64,000 bases of DNA from Alloprevotella sp. (GCA_041855985.1 JBHAFF010000005.1:24960-88959), one strand, 5' to 3'; counted from the first letter of the stretch, positions 1-9,313 are shown. Made by a program: numbers and translations. The notes: a model not told the origin generated them from the sequence alone.

Positions 1-531
1 ATGCATAAGTTCGGGCATATAGTTCGCCGAACTTCCGTTGTAGACATAGATTTCGCGATGCTGAATTTCGCCTTCGTGCACCTCGTCAAACTCGATATTG
101 TCGGTCGAGAGGCGCAGATTTCCGATAGAATAAGGGAACTCTCCGGCCTGCTTCACGCGGTCGGCCACCACCCGCCCCGACAGGCGGAGGTAGCGCGGTT
201 CGGCATCGGCATCCGTGAGGACGCGGACCTGCTTGACGAAGGTGCCGAGGGTGGCGGCGTCGAACGTGGCGGTGATCGTGGCCGACTGACCGGGGGCGAC
301 AGCACTGCGCGACCATGCCGCTGCCGTACAGCCGCAGTCGGTGCGCACATCGGTAATGGTGAGGGGATGGCTCCCCATGTTGCGCACTTCGAAGCGCGCC
401 TGGACGGGGACATGCCAATGGACATCACCCAAACGCACTTCGGGCTGGGGATATTCGGCACGTGGCTGTGCCACCACCGACAGTGCGGGGAGCGACAGGA
501 GCAGAAGAAGGGAAGAACGGAAGAGGGACAT
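1..531 (-). CDS. DUF1573 (Ig-like) domain secreted protein, 3' end runs off the window
   Basis: Not in the ORF track because it has no stop in the window. Manual translation from ATG 531: MSLFRSSLLLLLSLPALSVVAQPRAEY...FEVRNMGSHPLTITDVRTDCGCT...APGQSATITATFD. Signal peptide plus the N-x-G...L-x-I..V...CGCT signature of DUF1573. Confidence 0.85.
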   Translation of the reverse strand, partial: MSLFRSSLLLLLSLPALSVVAQPRAEYPQPEVRLGDVHWHVPVQARFEVRNMGSHPLTITDVRTDCGCTAAAWSRSAVAPGQSATITATFDAATLGTFVKQVRVLTDADAEPRYLRLSGRVVADRVKQAGEFPYSIGNLRLSTDNIEFDEVHEGEIQHREIYVYNGSSANYMPELMH

Positions 532-657
532 AGTCTGAGAGAAGAAGGGATGAAAGGAGGTGCTTAAAGACCTTGGCGGAAGTTCAAAGAGGATGCGTCC
601 GAACGCTCGGCAACAGTCGGATTCGACTGTCCCAAAGCTCCTCTCCGGCCAGATGCA

Positions 658-2181
658 TCAATCATCATCGCGATCATGGGTTCGGAGGGTTTGATTTTCG
701 GGCCAATTGACCAGATAAAGGTTGCCTGAGGTTCGAGTGAAGGCGGTATAGAGCCAACGGAGATAGCCCACGGGATCGGCATCATCGGGAATAAAACCTT
801 GATCCACATAGACTTCGTGCCACTGTCCTCCCTGCGCCTTATGGCAGGTTATGGCATAGGCATACTTGAGTTGCAGAGCGTTATAGTAAGGATCACGGCG
901 GATGGCCTTCATCCGGTCGCGCCTGTTGGGAATGTCGGCATAATCCTGATAGACTGATTCATAAAGCCGGTGCGCCTCCTCGGCAGTAAGGGAGGGGGAT
1001 TCGGACTGGAGCGTAGAAAGGAGGACACGGCAGTCAAGTTCGAAGTCGTCGTAGTCGTCAAAGCGGAGGGTAGCATCAGCAAAAAGGAAACCGTGCATCT
1101 TGTGCAGATTGTGGTAACGCACCACCTCGGCCGTGTCGCCATTGGCCACGAAGGCCATGGGAAGGCTCTCCCCTTCGGGGAGTTCGGCCGCGACCTGCTC
1201 GATCCAGAAGTAATTGTTCTTCACCACCATCACCAAATCACCGCGAGTCAAGAGATCTTCGTGGTCAAAGATGCGGCTGCGGATGCCGTTGTTGTAAATG
1301 TTCGCCCGCTTGTTGCTCCGCGTCACGATGATGGTGCCCGCAGCATCCCACGTGCGATAGCTGGCTTCAAGCGCATCGATCAGCTCATCGCCCGGCACGA
1401 TACGCACCTCACTATGGGGGTGAACCAGGATGAGAGGCATGCCTTGTTCGTTGACGGCATTGGCAGCTTCGAGGTCATCGGCATATGCTCCCTGAACTTC
1501 GGTACCATCGAACGCGCTGATCTGGATGCGCAGGTGGGTGGCATTGCGCAGCACGGCCGAAGCTGCTGCCTGACGCACCACCTCGGTAAGCTCCACCATC
1601 CGTACGTTCAGTCCATAGCCTTCCAGCACACGGGGTTGGAGGGCGGGACTCTCCTCCTCGCCCACGGGAGGAAGTTGCGCCGTATCGCCCACCAACATCA
1701 TGCGGCAGTTAGTGCCCGAATAGACATAGTGCACGAGATCATCCATCAACATCCCAGTACCAAAGAGGGAGTTTCCGCCTTGATTGGCCACCATAGAAGC
1801 TTCGTCAACGATGAAGAGGGCATCGCGCGTGGCGTTCCATCCGCGGTTGAAGTGCGTGTCCTCGCCCGCAAACGTGTCCTGACGGTAGATGATCTTGTGG
1901 ATGGTATAGGCCGGAAAACCCGCGTGGAGGGAAAAGACCTTAGCCGCACGTCCCGTAGGAGCAAGGAGCACGACGGGACGACCAAGCTTTTTCCATACCC
2001 GCACCACGGCGGCGATGAGTGAGGTCTTGCCCGTTCCTGCGTAACCGCGAAGGATGAAGGCCTGATCCGTGCGCGGATCTCCCAAGAAGGCTCCGATAGA
2101 GCGGGCAGCCTCCTGTTGCTTCGAGGTAAACGAGTGGGTAAATTCGGCAGCGATGTGCTGGGCAAAGAGCTCGGCAATCAT
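658..2181 (-). CDS. RecD-like SF1B ATP-dependent DNA helicase (AAA_30 + UvrD_C_2)
   Basis: Walker A GYAGTGKT, LAPTGRAA, IVDEASM, VGDTAQLPPV and YAITCHKAQGGQW...WLYTAFTR motifs. Confidence 0.9.
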   Translation of the reverse strand: MIAELFAQHIAAEFTHSFTSKQQEAARSIGAFLGDPRTDQAFILRGYAGTGKTSLIAAVVRVWKKLGRPVVLLAPTGRAAKVFSLHAGFPAYTIHKIIYRQDTFAGEDTHFNRGWNATRDALFIVDEASMVANQGGNSLFGTGMLMDDLVHYVYSGTNCRMMLVGDTAQLPPVGEEESPALQPRVLEGYGLNVRMVELTEVVRQAAASAVLRNATHLRIQISAFDGTEVQGAYADDLEAANAVNEQGMPLILVHPHSEVRIVPGDELIDALEASYRTWDAAGTIIVTRSNKRANIYNNGIRSRIFDHEDLLTRGDLVMVVKNNYFWIEQVAAELPEGESLPMAFVANGDTAEVVRYHNLHKMHGFLFADATLRFDDYDDFELDCRVLLSTLQSESPSLTAEEAHRLYESVYQDYADIPNRRDRMKAIRRDPYYNALQLKYAYAITCHKAQGGQWHEVYVDQGFIPDDADPVGYLRWLYTAFTRTSGNLYLVNWPENQTLRTHDRDDD

Positions 2182-2762
2182 TCCATAGAAACAATGGTCT
2201 CCTCCACATCGGGCTGAGCGTCCGTCAGGACACGGCGGAAGAAGGAGAAGTTGACAGAGCCGTAGGCACGATGCTCCAAGAAGTCGGGACGCGCCGAGAA
2301 GTCCACCTCACGACCATGCTCCAAGACGAAGAGGGTGCGGTCTGTGACAAGTCCGCTCTTCATCACACGCTCGGGGAGTTCTGGAAGTTCACGCAGCGCA
2401 TAGGGTGGGTCGGCAAAGACGAGGTCGAAGGCGCGCGCTCCGCGTTCGATGTAACGCAGAGCATCTCCACAGACCGGACGTACCGCGGCGTCCCCCAGAC
2501 TCTGAAACATCCGCGCAAGAAATCCGTAGTGCTGACGGTCGCGCTCCACACACACCACCTCGGGACATCCGCGTGAGAGGAGCTCGAGTGTGATGCTCCC
2601 CGTCCCGGCAAAGAGGTCGAGGGCGCGTGTCGTCTCGAAGTCGAGGTAAGCACGGAGCACGTTGAAGAGGTTTTCCTTGGCGAAATCGGTCGTAGGACGC
2701 GCCTTGAAGTTACGGGGCACTTCGAAGTGTTTGCCCTTATATTTTCCAGTGATGGCTCTCAT
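2178..2762 (-). CDS. rsmD: 16S rRNA m2G966 methyltransferase RsmD family
   Basis: Start reassigned to MRAITGKYKG (2762). RPTTD..KE.LFN, LDLFAGTG and FADPPY motifs; 4-bp overlaps with both neighbours. Confidence 0.9.
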   Translation of the reverse strand: MRAITGKYKGKHFEVPRNFKARPTTDFAKENLFNVLRAYLDFETTRALDLFAGTGSITLELLSRGCPEVVCVERDRQHYGFLARMFQSLGDAAVRPVCGDALRYIERGARAFDLVFADPPYALRELPELPERVMKSGLVTDRTLFVLEHGREVDFSARPDFLEHRAYGSVNFSFFRRVLTDAQPDVEETIVSME

Positions 2763-3577
2763 AATGTGAGGATTTGGAAGGGGAGGTCGAAGGGAATGTC
2801 GGGAACATCGGCCAACGGGTGACGATTCAGCTCGGTGGAGAGGGAGCGTGCCGCTACCATCGGGGCATAGGCCCGGAGCTGTTCGGCACTTTCCGAACGC
2901 AGCGGTTCGTCGCCGAAGAGGGTGAACGAGGTGTGCTGCACGTCCAGCCCCAACCCGCGCGACAATCCGAAACAATAATAAGCCACATCGGTCGCCGCCT
3001 GCACATCGTAGGCATTGAGCACGAGGAGGTTCTGCTCTTCAAACACGGCCACCTCCATCTTCCGCCCACGGAGGTAGACGTAGATACGGTGGTGATGGCG
3101 CGGATTGTGGCGGTGGGCTATGCGGCGCAACAGAGCCGTGGAGGCAGAGACATAGTGCACCTCGGAAAACTCGTGCTCAATGCTCTGACACATCGATTCG
3201 GGTAGCGCAAAGAGCAAGACTGCTCCGAATCCTGGCAGACTGTCATAGAACACACGGCGCAACGCGGATCCACCCTCATCCCCTCCGACACAGAAATCAT
3301 AATAGCGGCTACACATCTCTTCCTCAAAATCGGCAATCGGCACAGGCGTTACCGTACCACTCACCACCACACGCACCGCCTGTTCCCGTACGAAAGCGGG
3401 ATGTGCGGCACGCAGCTGCGCCAACTGCCGGGCAAAAGGCAGCGAGGGGTGAAGGGGACGATGGAGAAAGGGGAACTCTTCGCCCAGCACCGAGGTGGAG
3501 GCCTCCGACACGATGGTGGCAGAGCGTTCGTAAGCCAGGAGGGAGAGGTGGGTGTCGTCAATGCGAAGATAGAGCAT
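2759..3577 (-). CDS. DUF3822 family protein
   Basis: 272 aa with an N.Y.....D..YY C-terminal pattern; position next to rsmD is typical of Bacteroidota. Confidence 0.75.
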   Translation of the reverse strand: MLYLRIDDTHLSLLAYERSATIVSEASTSVLGEEFPFLHRPLHPSLPFARQLAQLRAAHPAFVREQAVRVVVSGTVTPVPIADFEEEMCSRYYDFCVGGDEGGSALRRVFYDSLPGFGAVLLFALPESMCQSIEHEFSEVHYVSASTALLRRIAHRHNPRHHHRIYVYLRGRKMEVAVFEEQNLLVLNAYDVQAATDVAYYCFGLSRGLGLDVQHTSFTLFGDEPLRSESAEQLRAYAPMVAARSLSTELNRHPLADVPDIPFDLPFQILTL

Positions 3578-3583
3578 AGAAAA

Positions 3584-3976
3584 TCAGTTTTCGGGCCACT
3601 TCGCGCGATGCAAAGCACGCCCCAGTGGCCAAGCCACAAGTACACCTAAGGAGTTGGCCAAGAAGTCGAGCCAATCGCCAGAGCGCACCGTGGTGCACCA
3701 AGTTTGGAGGAGCTCCATCACACCGCCTAAGGCGATGGGGAACACCACACACAATAACAACAAAGAGCACGGACGGCGCGCACACCACACACGGCTCTCG
3801 ATCCAGAGCGCAAGGCTCATTGAGAGATACATCACGAGATGGGTGTATTTGTCCACAAACGAGACCTTGTCCAGACTCGTTGCTCCGATGGGCAGCAGGC
3901 TGAGCAGGGTGATGAAACCCATAAGGGCGATGCTCAAGCGATAGGTCAGCAGGCAGCGGACACAGGAAACCGGCAT
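3584..3976 (-). CDS. VanZ-like membrane protein
   Basis: DKYTHLVMY, GGVMELLQ and RSGDWLDFLANSLG motifs. Start placed at the TGATG overlap with the upstream gene (uncertain). Confidence 0.8.
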   Translation of the reverse strand: MPVSCVRCLLTYRLSIALMGFITLLSLLPIGATSLDKVSFVDKYTHLVMYLSMSLALWIESRVWCARRPCSLLLLCVVFPIALGGVMELLQTWCTTVRSGDWLDFLANSLGVLVAWPLGRALHRAKWPEN

Positions 3977-4158
3977 CACCAGAATTTGTTCAGATCGGGA
4001 TTGTAGGCATAGCCCACTTCGGCCAACCGGTCTTCGAGTGCGGGACGGTCGAGGCCGAGGGTGGCACAAAGTTCATCGAGGGTGGGAAACTCGTCACGGA
4101 GTTTCATATTCACCGCGCTCATCAACATGAACGGGTCTTTGGGGAGGGAAGAAAACAT
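3976..4158 (-). CDS. DUF4250 family small protein
   Basis: LPKDPFMLMSAVNMKLRD...GYAYNPDLNKF is the characteristic pattern. Confidence 0.85.
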   Translation of the reverse strand: MFSSLPKDPFMLMSAVNMKLRDEFPTLDELCATLGLDRPALEDRLAEVGYAYNPDLNKFW

Positions 4159-4351
4159 GCTTGGGATTTGGAAATTGGAAGGGAGATGATAGGGGTAAGG
4201 AGGAGTGAAGAGGGAGTCCGCACATCACATGCACAAGCCGGAGCAACAATCAATCATTAGCGGATGGTGCACCGCAGTGGAAACCTGGACGTAACAGGGT
4301 GCAAAACACCTCACTGCACACTGAGGAAAATTCGCGAAGCGCATTCACCCG

Positions 4352-4393
4352 AAAAAGCCTTTGAGGTCACCCCAAGGGGAGACACTCAAAGGC
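4352..4393 (-). terminator. Intrinsic terminator after the carboxyltransferase gene
   Basis: GCCTTTGAG...CTCAAAGGC stem followed by TTTTT on the minus strand. Confidence 0.7.
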
Positions 4394-4413
4394 ATTTCAG
4401 AAGGGAGGAATGC

Positions 4414-6192
4414 TTAGGCTTGAGGGCGTTCGATATAAGCAATCACATCACCCTTCTGGACATGTGCGCCCTGCCTAGCATTGATTTCCACGAGTTTGCC
4501 ACCCAAGGCAGCAGGAACTTCCTGAATTTTTCCGAAACCATTTTCGAGATAGCAGAAGAAGTCGCCTTCGGCATAAGCCTTACCGATGAAGGGTTCAATG
4601 GCTTTTACCGCCTCGGCGTCACCACCGATCTCGTAGAGCACGATACCGCTTTCGGGAGCCACGATGGCATCAGCCTTGGCATGCTTGAAGGCCAGAGCCT
4701 CTTCGGGATTTAAGCCAGCGGCCATCGCCTTGTCCTTGGCAGCCTGAAGGTCGGCCAAGAACTTGCGTTTTGCCTCACCGCTCTTGTAGTCGCGGTACTG
4801 GCGTTCGTGCATGGCAAACTCGTAGAGTTCTTCATCGTCGGGACCAAGATCCCAACCGTTCGCTTCCATCTCCTTACGCTTGGCATACAGTTCAGGGGCA
4901 TACAGTTCGCGGGGATCACCCTCGTAAAACTCGAAGCCTTTCTCCTTGGCCAGAGCCACGATCTCGGGATCGATGGCACCGGGGAGCTTACCACTCTTGC
5001 CCAAGATCATACCCCACATATTGTCGTCCATCATTGAGTAACGGGGCTTTCCCATCGACTCCATAAGGAGGTTCATCTGTGCGATATTCTTGACGTATTG
5101 TGAGAAGGGTGTCACCAAGGGAGGATATCCTACACGCGGCCATACATAACCCACTTCATCGAACAGCTTCACCAAGAGCTGGTCTTCGCTCAGCTCACTC
5201 TCGCCACGGTTCACACGGTTCATATTGATCGCACTCATCACTCCTCGGAGGTCGGCCATCATCGATCCCATCATACCGCCAGGAAGACCGCAGCCGAGGA
5301 GCAGCGAGCTCATCAGATAGTTGCTCTTGTCCATGAAGTAGCCGAGGAAGTCATCGATAAACTCCTGCGTGAGGGCACGCGCTTCCATATAAGCATCCAT
5401 ATTGATCTCGGGAACATCGAAGCCATAGCTTTTCAGCATGGACTGTACGGAAAGGATGTCGGCGTGTCCTTTTCCCCAAGATAGAGGTTCCATGGCAGTG
5501 TCGATGACATCGCAACCGTTCTTGGCAACTTCCAAGATACTCGCCATGTTCAAACCTGGGCCGGCATGGGAATGGTATTCCACCACTACCTCGGGATGCT
5601 TGGCCTTGATCATGCCGCAAAGCTTACCCAACAGCGCAGGCTGTCCGATACCCGCCATGTCCTTTAAGCAGATTTCAGGAGCACCGGCCGCGATGAGCTG
5701 GTCGGCAATGTCGCTGTAATACTCGGCCGTGTGAATGGGAGAGTTGGTGATGCAGAGCGTGGCTTGGGGAGTCATGCCGGCTTCGAGTGCCCAGTGAATG
5801 GAAGGAATGATGTTGCGCACATCGTTCAGACCACAAAAGATGCGAGTAATGTCCACCCCCTGCGCATGTTTCACGCGGTATTGGAGTTGACGCAACTCGT
5901 CGGAACAGGGGAACATGCGCAGGGCGTTCAGACCGCGATCGAGCATGTGCGTCTTGATGCCCACTTCATTAAAGGGCTTGGTAAAAGCGCGCACGGCATC
6001 ATTGGGGTTTTCGCCATACATCAGATTGACCTGTTCGAAAGCACCACCGTTGGTCTCGACACGGGCAAAACAGCCCATTTTAATGATCACGGGGGCAATA
6101 CGCTCCAACTGATCCTTGCGAGGCTGAAACTTGCCGTAGGACTGGAACATATCACGATAGACGAGCGAGAATTGTATCTTTCTTTTTTCCAT
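4414..6192 (-). CDS. Oxaloacetate decarboxylase alpha / pyruvate carboxylase subunit B-like carboxyltransferase with C-terminal biotin/lipoyl-fold domain
   Basis: Start MEKRKIQF (6192). RDMFQS, LKDMAG, HSH, PGGM and GYPPLVTPFSQ motifs; C-terminal G..V.KGD.I pattern. Confidence 0.88.
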   Translation of the reverse strand: MEKRKIQFSLVYRDMFQSYGKFQPRKDQLERIAPVIIKMGCFARVETNGGAFEQVNLMYGENPNDAVRAFTKPFNEVGIKTHMLDRGLNALRMFPCSDELRQLQYRVKHAQGVDITRIFCGLNDVRNIIPSIHWALEAGMTPQATLCITNSPIHTAEYYSDIADQLIAAGAPEICLKDMAGIGQPALLGKLCGMIKAKHPEVVVEYHSHAGPGLNMASILEVAKNGCDVIDTAMEPLSWGKGHADILSVQSMLKSYGFDVPEINMDAYMEARALTQEFIDDFLGYFMDKSNYLMSSLLLGCGLPGGMMGSMMADLRGVMSAINMNRVNRGESELSEDQLLVKLFDEVGYVWPRVGYPPLVTPFSQYVKNIAQMNLLMESMGKPRYSMMDDNMWGMILGKSGKLPGAIDPEIVALAKEKGFEFYEGDPRELYAPELYAKRKEMEANGWDLGPDDEELYEFAMHERQYRDYKSGEAKRKFLADLQAAKDKAMAAGLNPEEALAFKHAKADAIVAPESGIVLYEIGGDAEAVKAIEPFIGKAYAEGDFFCYLENGFGKIQEVPAALGGKLVEINARQGAHVQKGDVIAYIERPQA

Positions 6193-6263
6193 GGTAGGGA
6201 GGAGGAGTTTGCTGATTGCCGAATATTTGCACACATTGCAAAGCAATGGGCAACTTTGGTCGA

Positions 6264-6296
6264 TGCAAAATTACGATTTAATCGGGAGCTGACCAA
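6264..6296 (-). promoter_or_regulatory. Bacteroidota sigma-A promoter
   Basis: TTTG ... TAATTTTGCA on the minus strand upstream of 6192. Confidence 0.65.
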
Positions 6297-6440
6297 AAAG
6301 CCGTGGTTGTTTATGGCTTTTGAAGGAAGATAAGCTGGTGCGGCCGCTCTGCCCATCTTGTGTCAAATATGGTAATTACACATCATTGACAGCCGCTTTC
6401 GTCCCTTTCCGGGCCTACGAACTGCCGATGACAGTCCTCA

Positions 6441-7706
6441 TTATTGCGCCTTCCACTGCCAGAGATTGCGGCGCAGAACAGCGATTTGTGGGAAATGCCG
6501 GCGCAGCGCAATCAACGAGAGGCTCTGCGGACGTTCGAAATAGCATCGCTCATAACGCAGCAGCACCTCTTGACGCGTCAGGGGCGTACCGGCATCGTGC
6601 AAGATGCGCGCCACGCGCAAGGCATCGCCTCGGAGGGCGGCAGTCACCAAGCGGACACCCCGGCCTCGATGCTCGCACCAAGGATGGTGGTGCAGCAAGG
6701 CAGAAGCCCACGCACGCTCTTCGCGCGGAAGTCCTAAAGTGAGGGCGGATACCGCACAATAAGCGGGGTGCCGATACAGACGTTGGAGCAGCAGATGCAG
6801 GAGGTTACGCGCCCGTTGCACCGCATAGCGCGGCACGATAAGGTCAGCGGGCCATTCCCCTTCGCGCCGGGTACGCCGCAAGACGGAAAGTCCCAAGACG
6901 GAAAGCCAACGTTCGGGCGACATCAACTGCAACCCGTGGAGCACTGCCAACGGCTGGAAGAGCAGATGACTGCGCATGCGGGTGCATTGCGCCAAGAAGT
7001 TGGTGCTCCACCTTACCCCACACACAGACTCACCCGCAAAGAGTGGACGCAAACAGCGGCGGGCAAGAAACCGATAGAGCTGACGGGGACTGTGCAACCC
7101 CTCAACCCGGACGATGGTCGACACGGGAAGACCTTCGAGAAAATAGCGGCACAGCAGTTCACCACGCTCATCCATGCGTGGCACGAGGATACGAAAGAGG
7201 GCAATGAAGGTGCGTTCCAGATCTGCCACCGAAAGATGCTCCTGCACCGTATCGGGCACACAAGGCTCCAAGGGTCCTGAAAAAAGTTGTCCGGCAGTAA
7301 GTTCGGTATCAGACGATATCTGTCGGGGAAGGCGCAGGAGAGCGGGACACTCCGCTTCCACACGATCCAGATCATCGGGAAGGATGAGGAGGGCGCGTTC
7401 CATGACCCACCGGGCAATCAACTGTCCAGGATGATGAAACACCTCAGCACGGAGTTCGTCAAGAGCCGCAAGAAAAGTGGGGCCCACGCCCATGCGCTCC
7501 GCCCACTCCTCACGCTGGACGTCCAAAAGCTGCCGTGCAGTGCGCACTCCATCTTCTGCCAAACGGCGTACCACCATACGATGATCAGAACCATGTGCCA
7601 TCCACTCCAATTCGACCTGCTCCAACGCAGCCAAACACTGCGCCGAATCATGAACGGGAGCGGTTTCCTCAAAGGAAAGAAAATCAGGGAAGAGTGAACG
7701 GTACAT
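6441..7706 (-). CDS. Hypothetical multi-HTH protein (alpha-CTD-like HhH, sigma-4-like HTH, C-terminal winged helix)
   Basis: 421-aa ORF filling the gap with its own promoter. Domain resemblance is by eye only (see findings). Confidence 0.6.
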   Translation of the reverse strand: MYRSLFPDFLSFEETAPVHDSAQCLAALEQVELEWMAHGSDHRMVVRRLAEDGVRTARQLLDVQREEWAERMGVGPTFLAALDELRAEVFHHPGQLIARWVMERALLILPDDLDRVEAECPALLRLPRQISSDTELTAGQLFSGPLEPCVPDTVQEHLSVADLERTFIALFRILVPRMDERGELLCRYFLEGLPVSTIVRVEGLHSPRQLYRFLARRCLRPLFAGESVCGVRWSTNFLAQCTRMRSHLLFQPLAVLHGLQLMSPERWLSVLGLSVLRRTRREGEWPADLIVPRYAVQRARNLLHLLLQRLYRHPAYCAVSALTLGLPREERAWASALLHHHPWCEHRGRGVRLVTAALRGDALRVARILHDAGTPLTRQEVLLRYERCYFERPQSLSLIALRRHFPQIAVLRRNLWQWKAQ

Positions 7707-7820
7707 GTCGCAAAAATAAGGATTTTCTTCCGATTAAAGGGCAAAAACAGCGAGCAGATTTGGCATTTTCCCCACATCTTTCTATCTTTGCCCCAACTTT
7801 CATCCCTCATATTCCTTAAC

Positions 7821-9005
7821 ATGCAAGAACTGGCACTAAAATATGGGTGCAATCCCAACCAGAAGCCTGCGCGTCTCTTCCTCGAAGGTGGAGAAAACCT
7901 TCCCATCGAGGTGCTCTCTGGGCGTCCTGGCTACATCAACTTCCTCGATGCACTCAACGGCTGGCAGCTGGTCAGCGAGCTGAAAGCAGCCACTGGCCTA
8001 CCTGCAGCCACATCGTTCAAACACGTTTCACCCGCAGGAGCCGCGGTGGGTGCACCGATGAGCGAGACCCTCCGTCGCATCTATTTTTGCGATGACCTCG
8101 CCCTGCCCCTCTCCCCCATTGCCACAGCCTACGCCCGCGCCCGTGGAGCAGACCGCATGTCAAGCTATGGCGACTTCATCGCACTCTCCGACACCTGCGA
8201 TGAGGCCACAGCACTCCTTATCAAACGCGAAGTGAGCGATGGCGTAATTGCCCCAGACTTTACGCCCGAAGCCCTCGAAATCCTCCGTGCCAAGCGTAAA
8301 GGAAGCTACTGCGTACTCAAGATAGATCCGAACTACCGCCCCGCTCCTATCGAACGGAAGCAGGTCTATGGCATCACCTTCGAACAGGGACGCAACGAGA
8401 TCAACCTTGCAGATGCACAACTTTTCGACAACGTCCCCACCACCAACAAAGACTTTCCTGCCGAAGCGCGCCGCGACTTGATGATCGCGCTCATTACCCT
8501 CAAATACACACAGTCAAACTCTGTCTGCTACGTCAAAGACGGACAGGCCATCGGCATCGGTGCCGGACAGCAGAGTCGCATCCACTGCACGCGCTTGGCA
8601 GGACAGAAGGCCGACATCTGGTGGCTGCGCCAGCATCCCAAGGTCATGGAGTTGCCCTTCGTGCCAGGTATCCGCCGCGCGGACCGCGACAATACCATCG
8701 ACATCTACATCTCCGAAGACGCCGATGATGTACTGGCCGATGGCCTATGGCAGCAGTTCTTCACCGAACAGCCGGCACCCCTCACCCGCGAAGAAAAGAA
8801 GATGTGGATTGCCCAAAACACGGGTGTCAGCCTTGGCTCAGATGCCTTCTTCCCTTTCGGTGACAACATCGAGCGTGCTCACCGCAGCGGTGTCCAATAT
8901 GTGGCACAGGCCGGCGGATCCGTGCGCGACGACCACGTCATCGCCACCTGCGACAAATACGGCATCGCCATGACCTTCACGGGGATCCGTCTCTTTCACC
9001 ACTAA
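7821..9005 (+). CDS. purH: AICAR transformylase (short PurH form without the N-terminal IMP cyclohydrolase domain)
   Basis: Starts MQELALKYGCNPNQ; SFKHVSPAG, KYTQSNSV, GAGQQSRIHC, SDAFFPF and RLFHH. Promoter TATCTTTGCC at about 7783. Confidence 0.88.
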   Translation: MQELALKYGCNPNQKPARLFLEGGENLPIEVLSGRPGYINFLDALNGWQLVSELKAATGLPAATSFKHVSPAGAAVGAPMSETLRRIYFCDDLALPLSPIATAYARARGADRMSSYGDFIALSDTCDEATALLIKREVSDGVIAPDFTPEALEILRAKRKGSYCVLKIDPNYRPAPIERKQVYGITFEQGRNEINLADAQLFDNVPTTNKDFPAEARRDLMIALITLKYTQSNSVCYVKDGQAIGIGAGQQSRIHCTRLAGQKADIWWLRQHPKVMELPFVPGIRRADRDNTIDIYISEDADDVLADGLWQQFFTEQPAPLTREEKKMWIAQNTGVSLGSDAFFPFGDNIERAHRSGVQYVAQAGGSVRDDHVIATCDKYGIAMTFTGIRLFHH

Positions 9006-9019
9006 ACCAACCCGCCTTT

Positions 9020-9238
9020 ATGACTGCCACGCGCAACGTCAGCGACGAAGAAATTACGATGGCCATGACCACGGGCATCACCTTCAAGGGAGCCAAACTC
9101 CGCAAGCCCGCCGAGTCAAAAGTAAAGACCAAAGCTAAGAAGAAGACCTACATCACTGGTCTCCATGGTTCTGGTGCGGCTAAAAAGAAGGCGGAAATCC
9201 GTCAACGCCGCGCCAATCGCCACAAAAACAAGCCCTAA
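9020..9238 (+). CDS. Small, highly basic hypothetical protein
   Basis: 72 aa, about 20 Lys/Arg. Starts 14 bp after purH and is followed by a terminator; the true start could be 9059 or 9065. Confidence 0.7.
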   Translation: MTATRNVSDEEITMAMTTGITFKGAKLRKPAESKVKTKAKKKTYITGLHGSGAAKKKAEIRQRRANRHKNKP

Positions 9239-9257
9239 AACAGGGCTTTACCCACAG

Positions 9258-9297
9258 AAAGCCCCACTCTTCCCATTGGAGGAGCGGGGCTTTTTTT
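9258..9297. terminator. Bidirectional intrinsic terminator
   Basis: AAAGCCCC...GGGGCTTTTTTT between convergent genes. Confidence 0.85.
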
Positions 9298-9313
9298 GTA
9301 TTGTAGTGCAAGA

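Noticed and set aside
3584-3976. Glycopeptide resistance locus (vanZ)
   Set aside because: Generic VanZ-like membrane protein with no other van genes.
4270-4320. Three-way-junction-like fold (GCAGTG...CACTGC) upstream of DUF4250
   Set aside because: Stems are only 4-6 bp and match no riboswitch consensus I know; compatible with chance.
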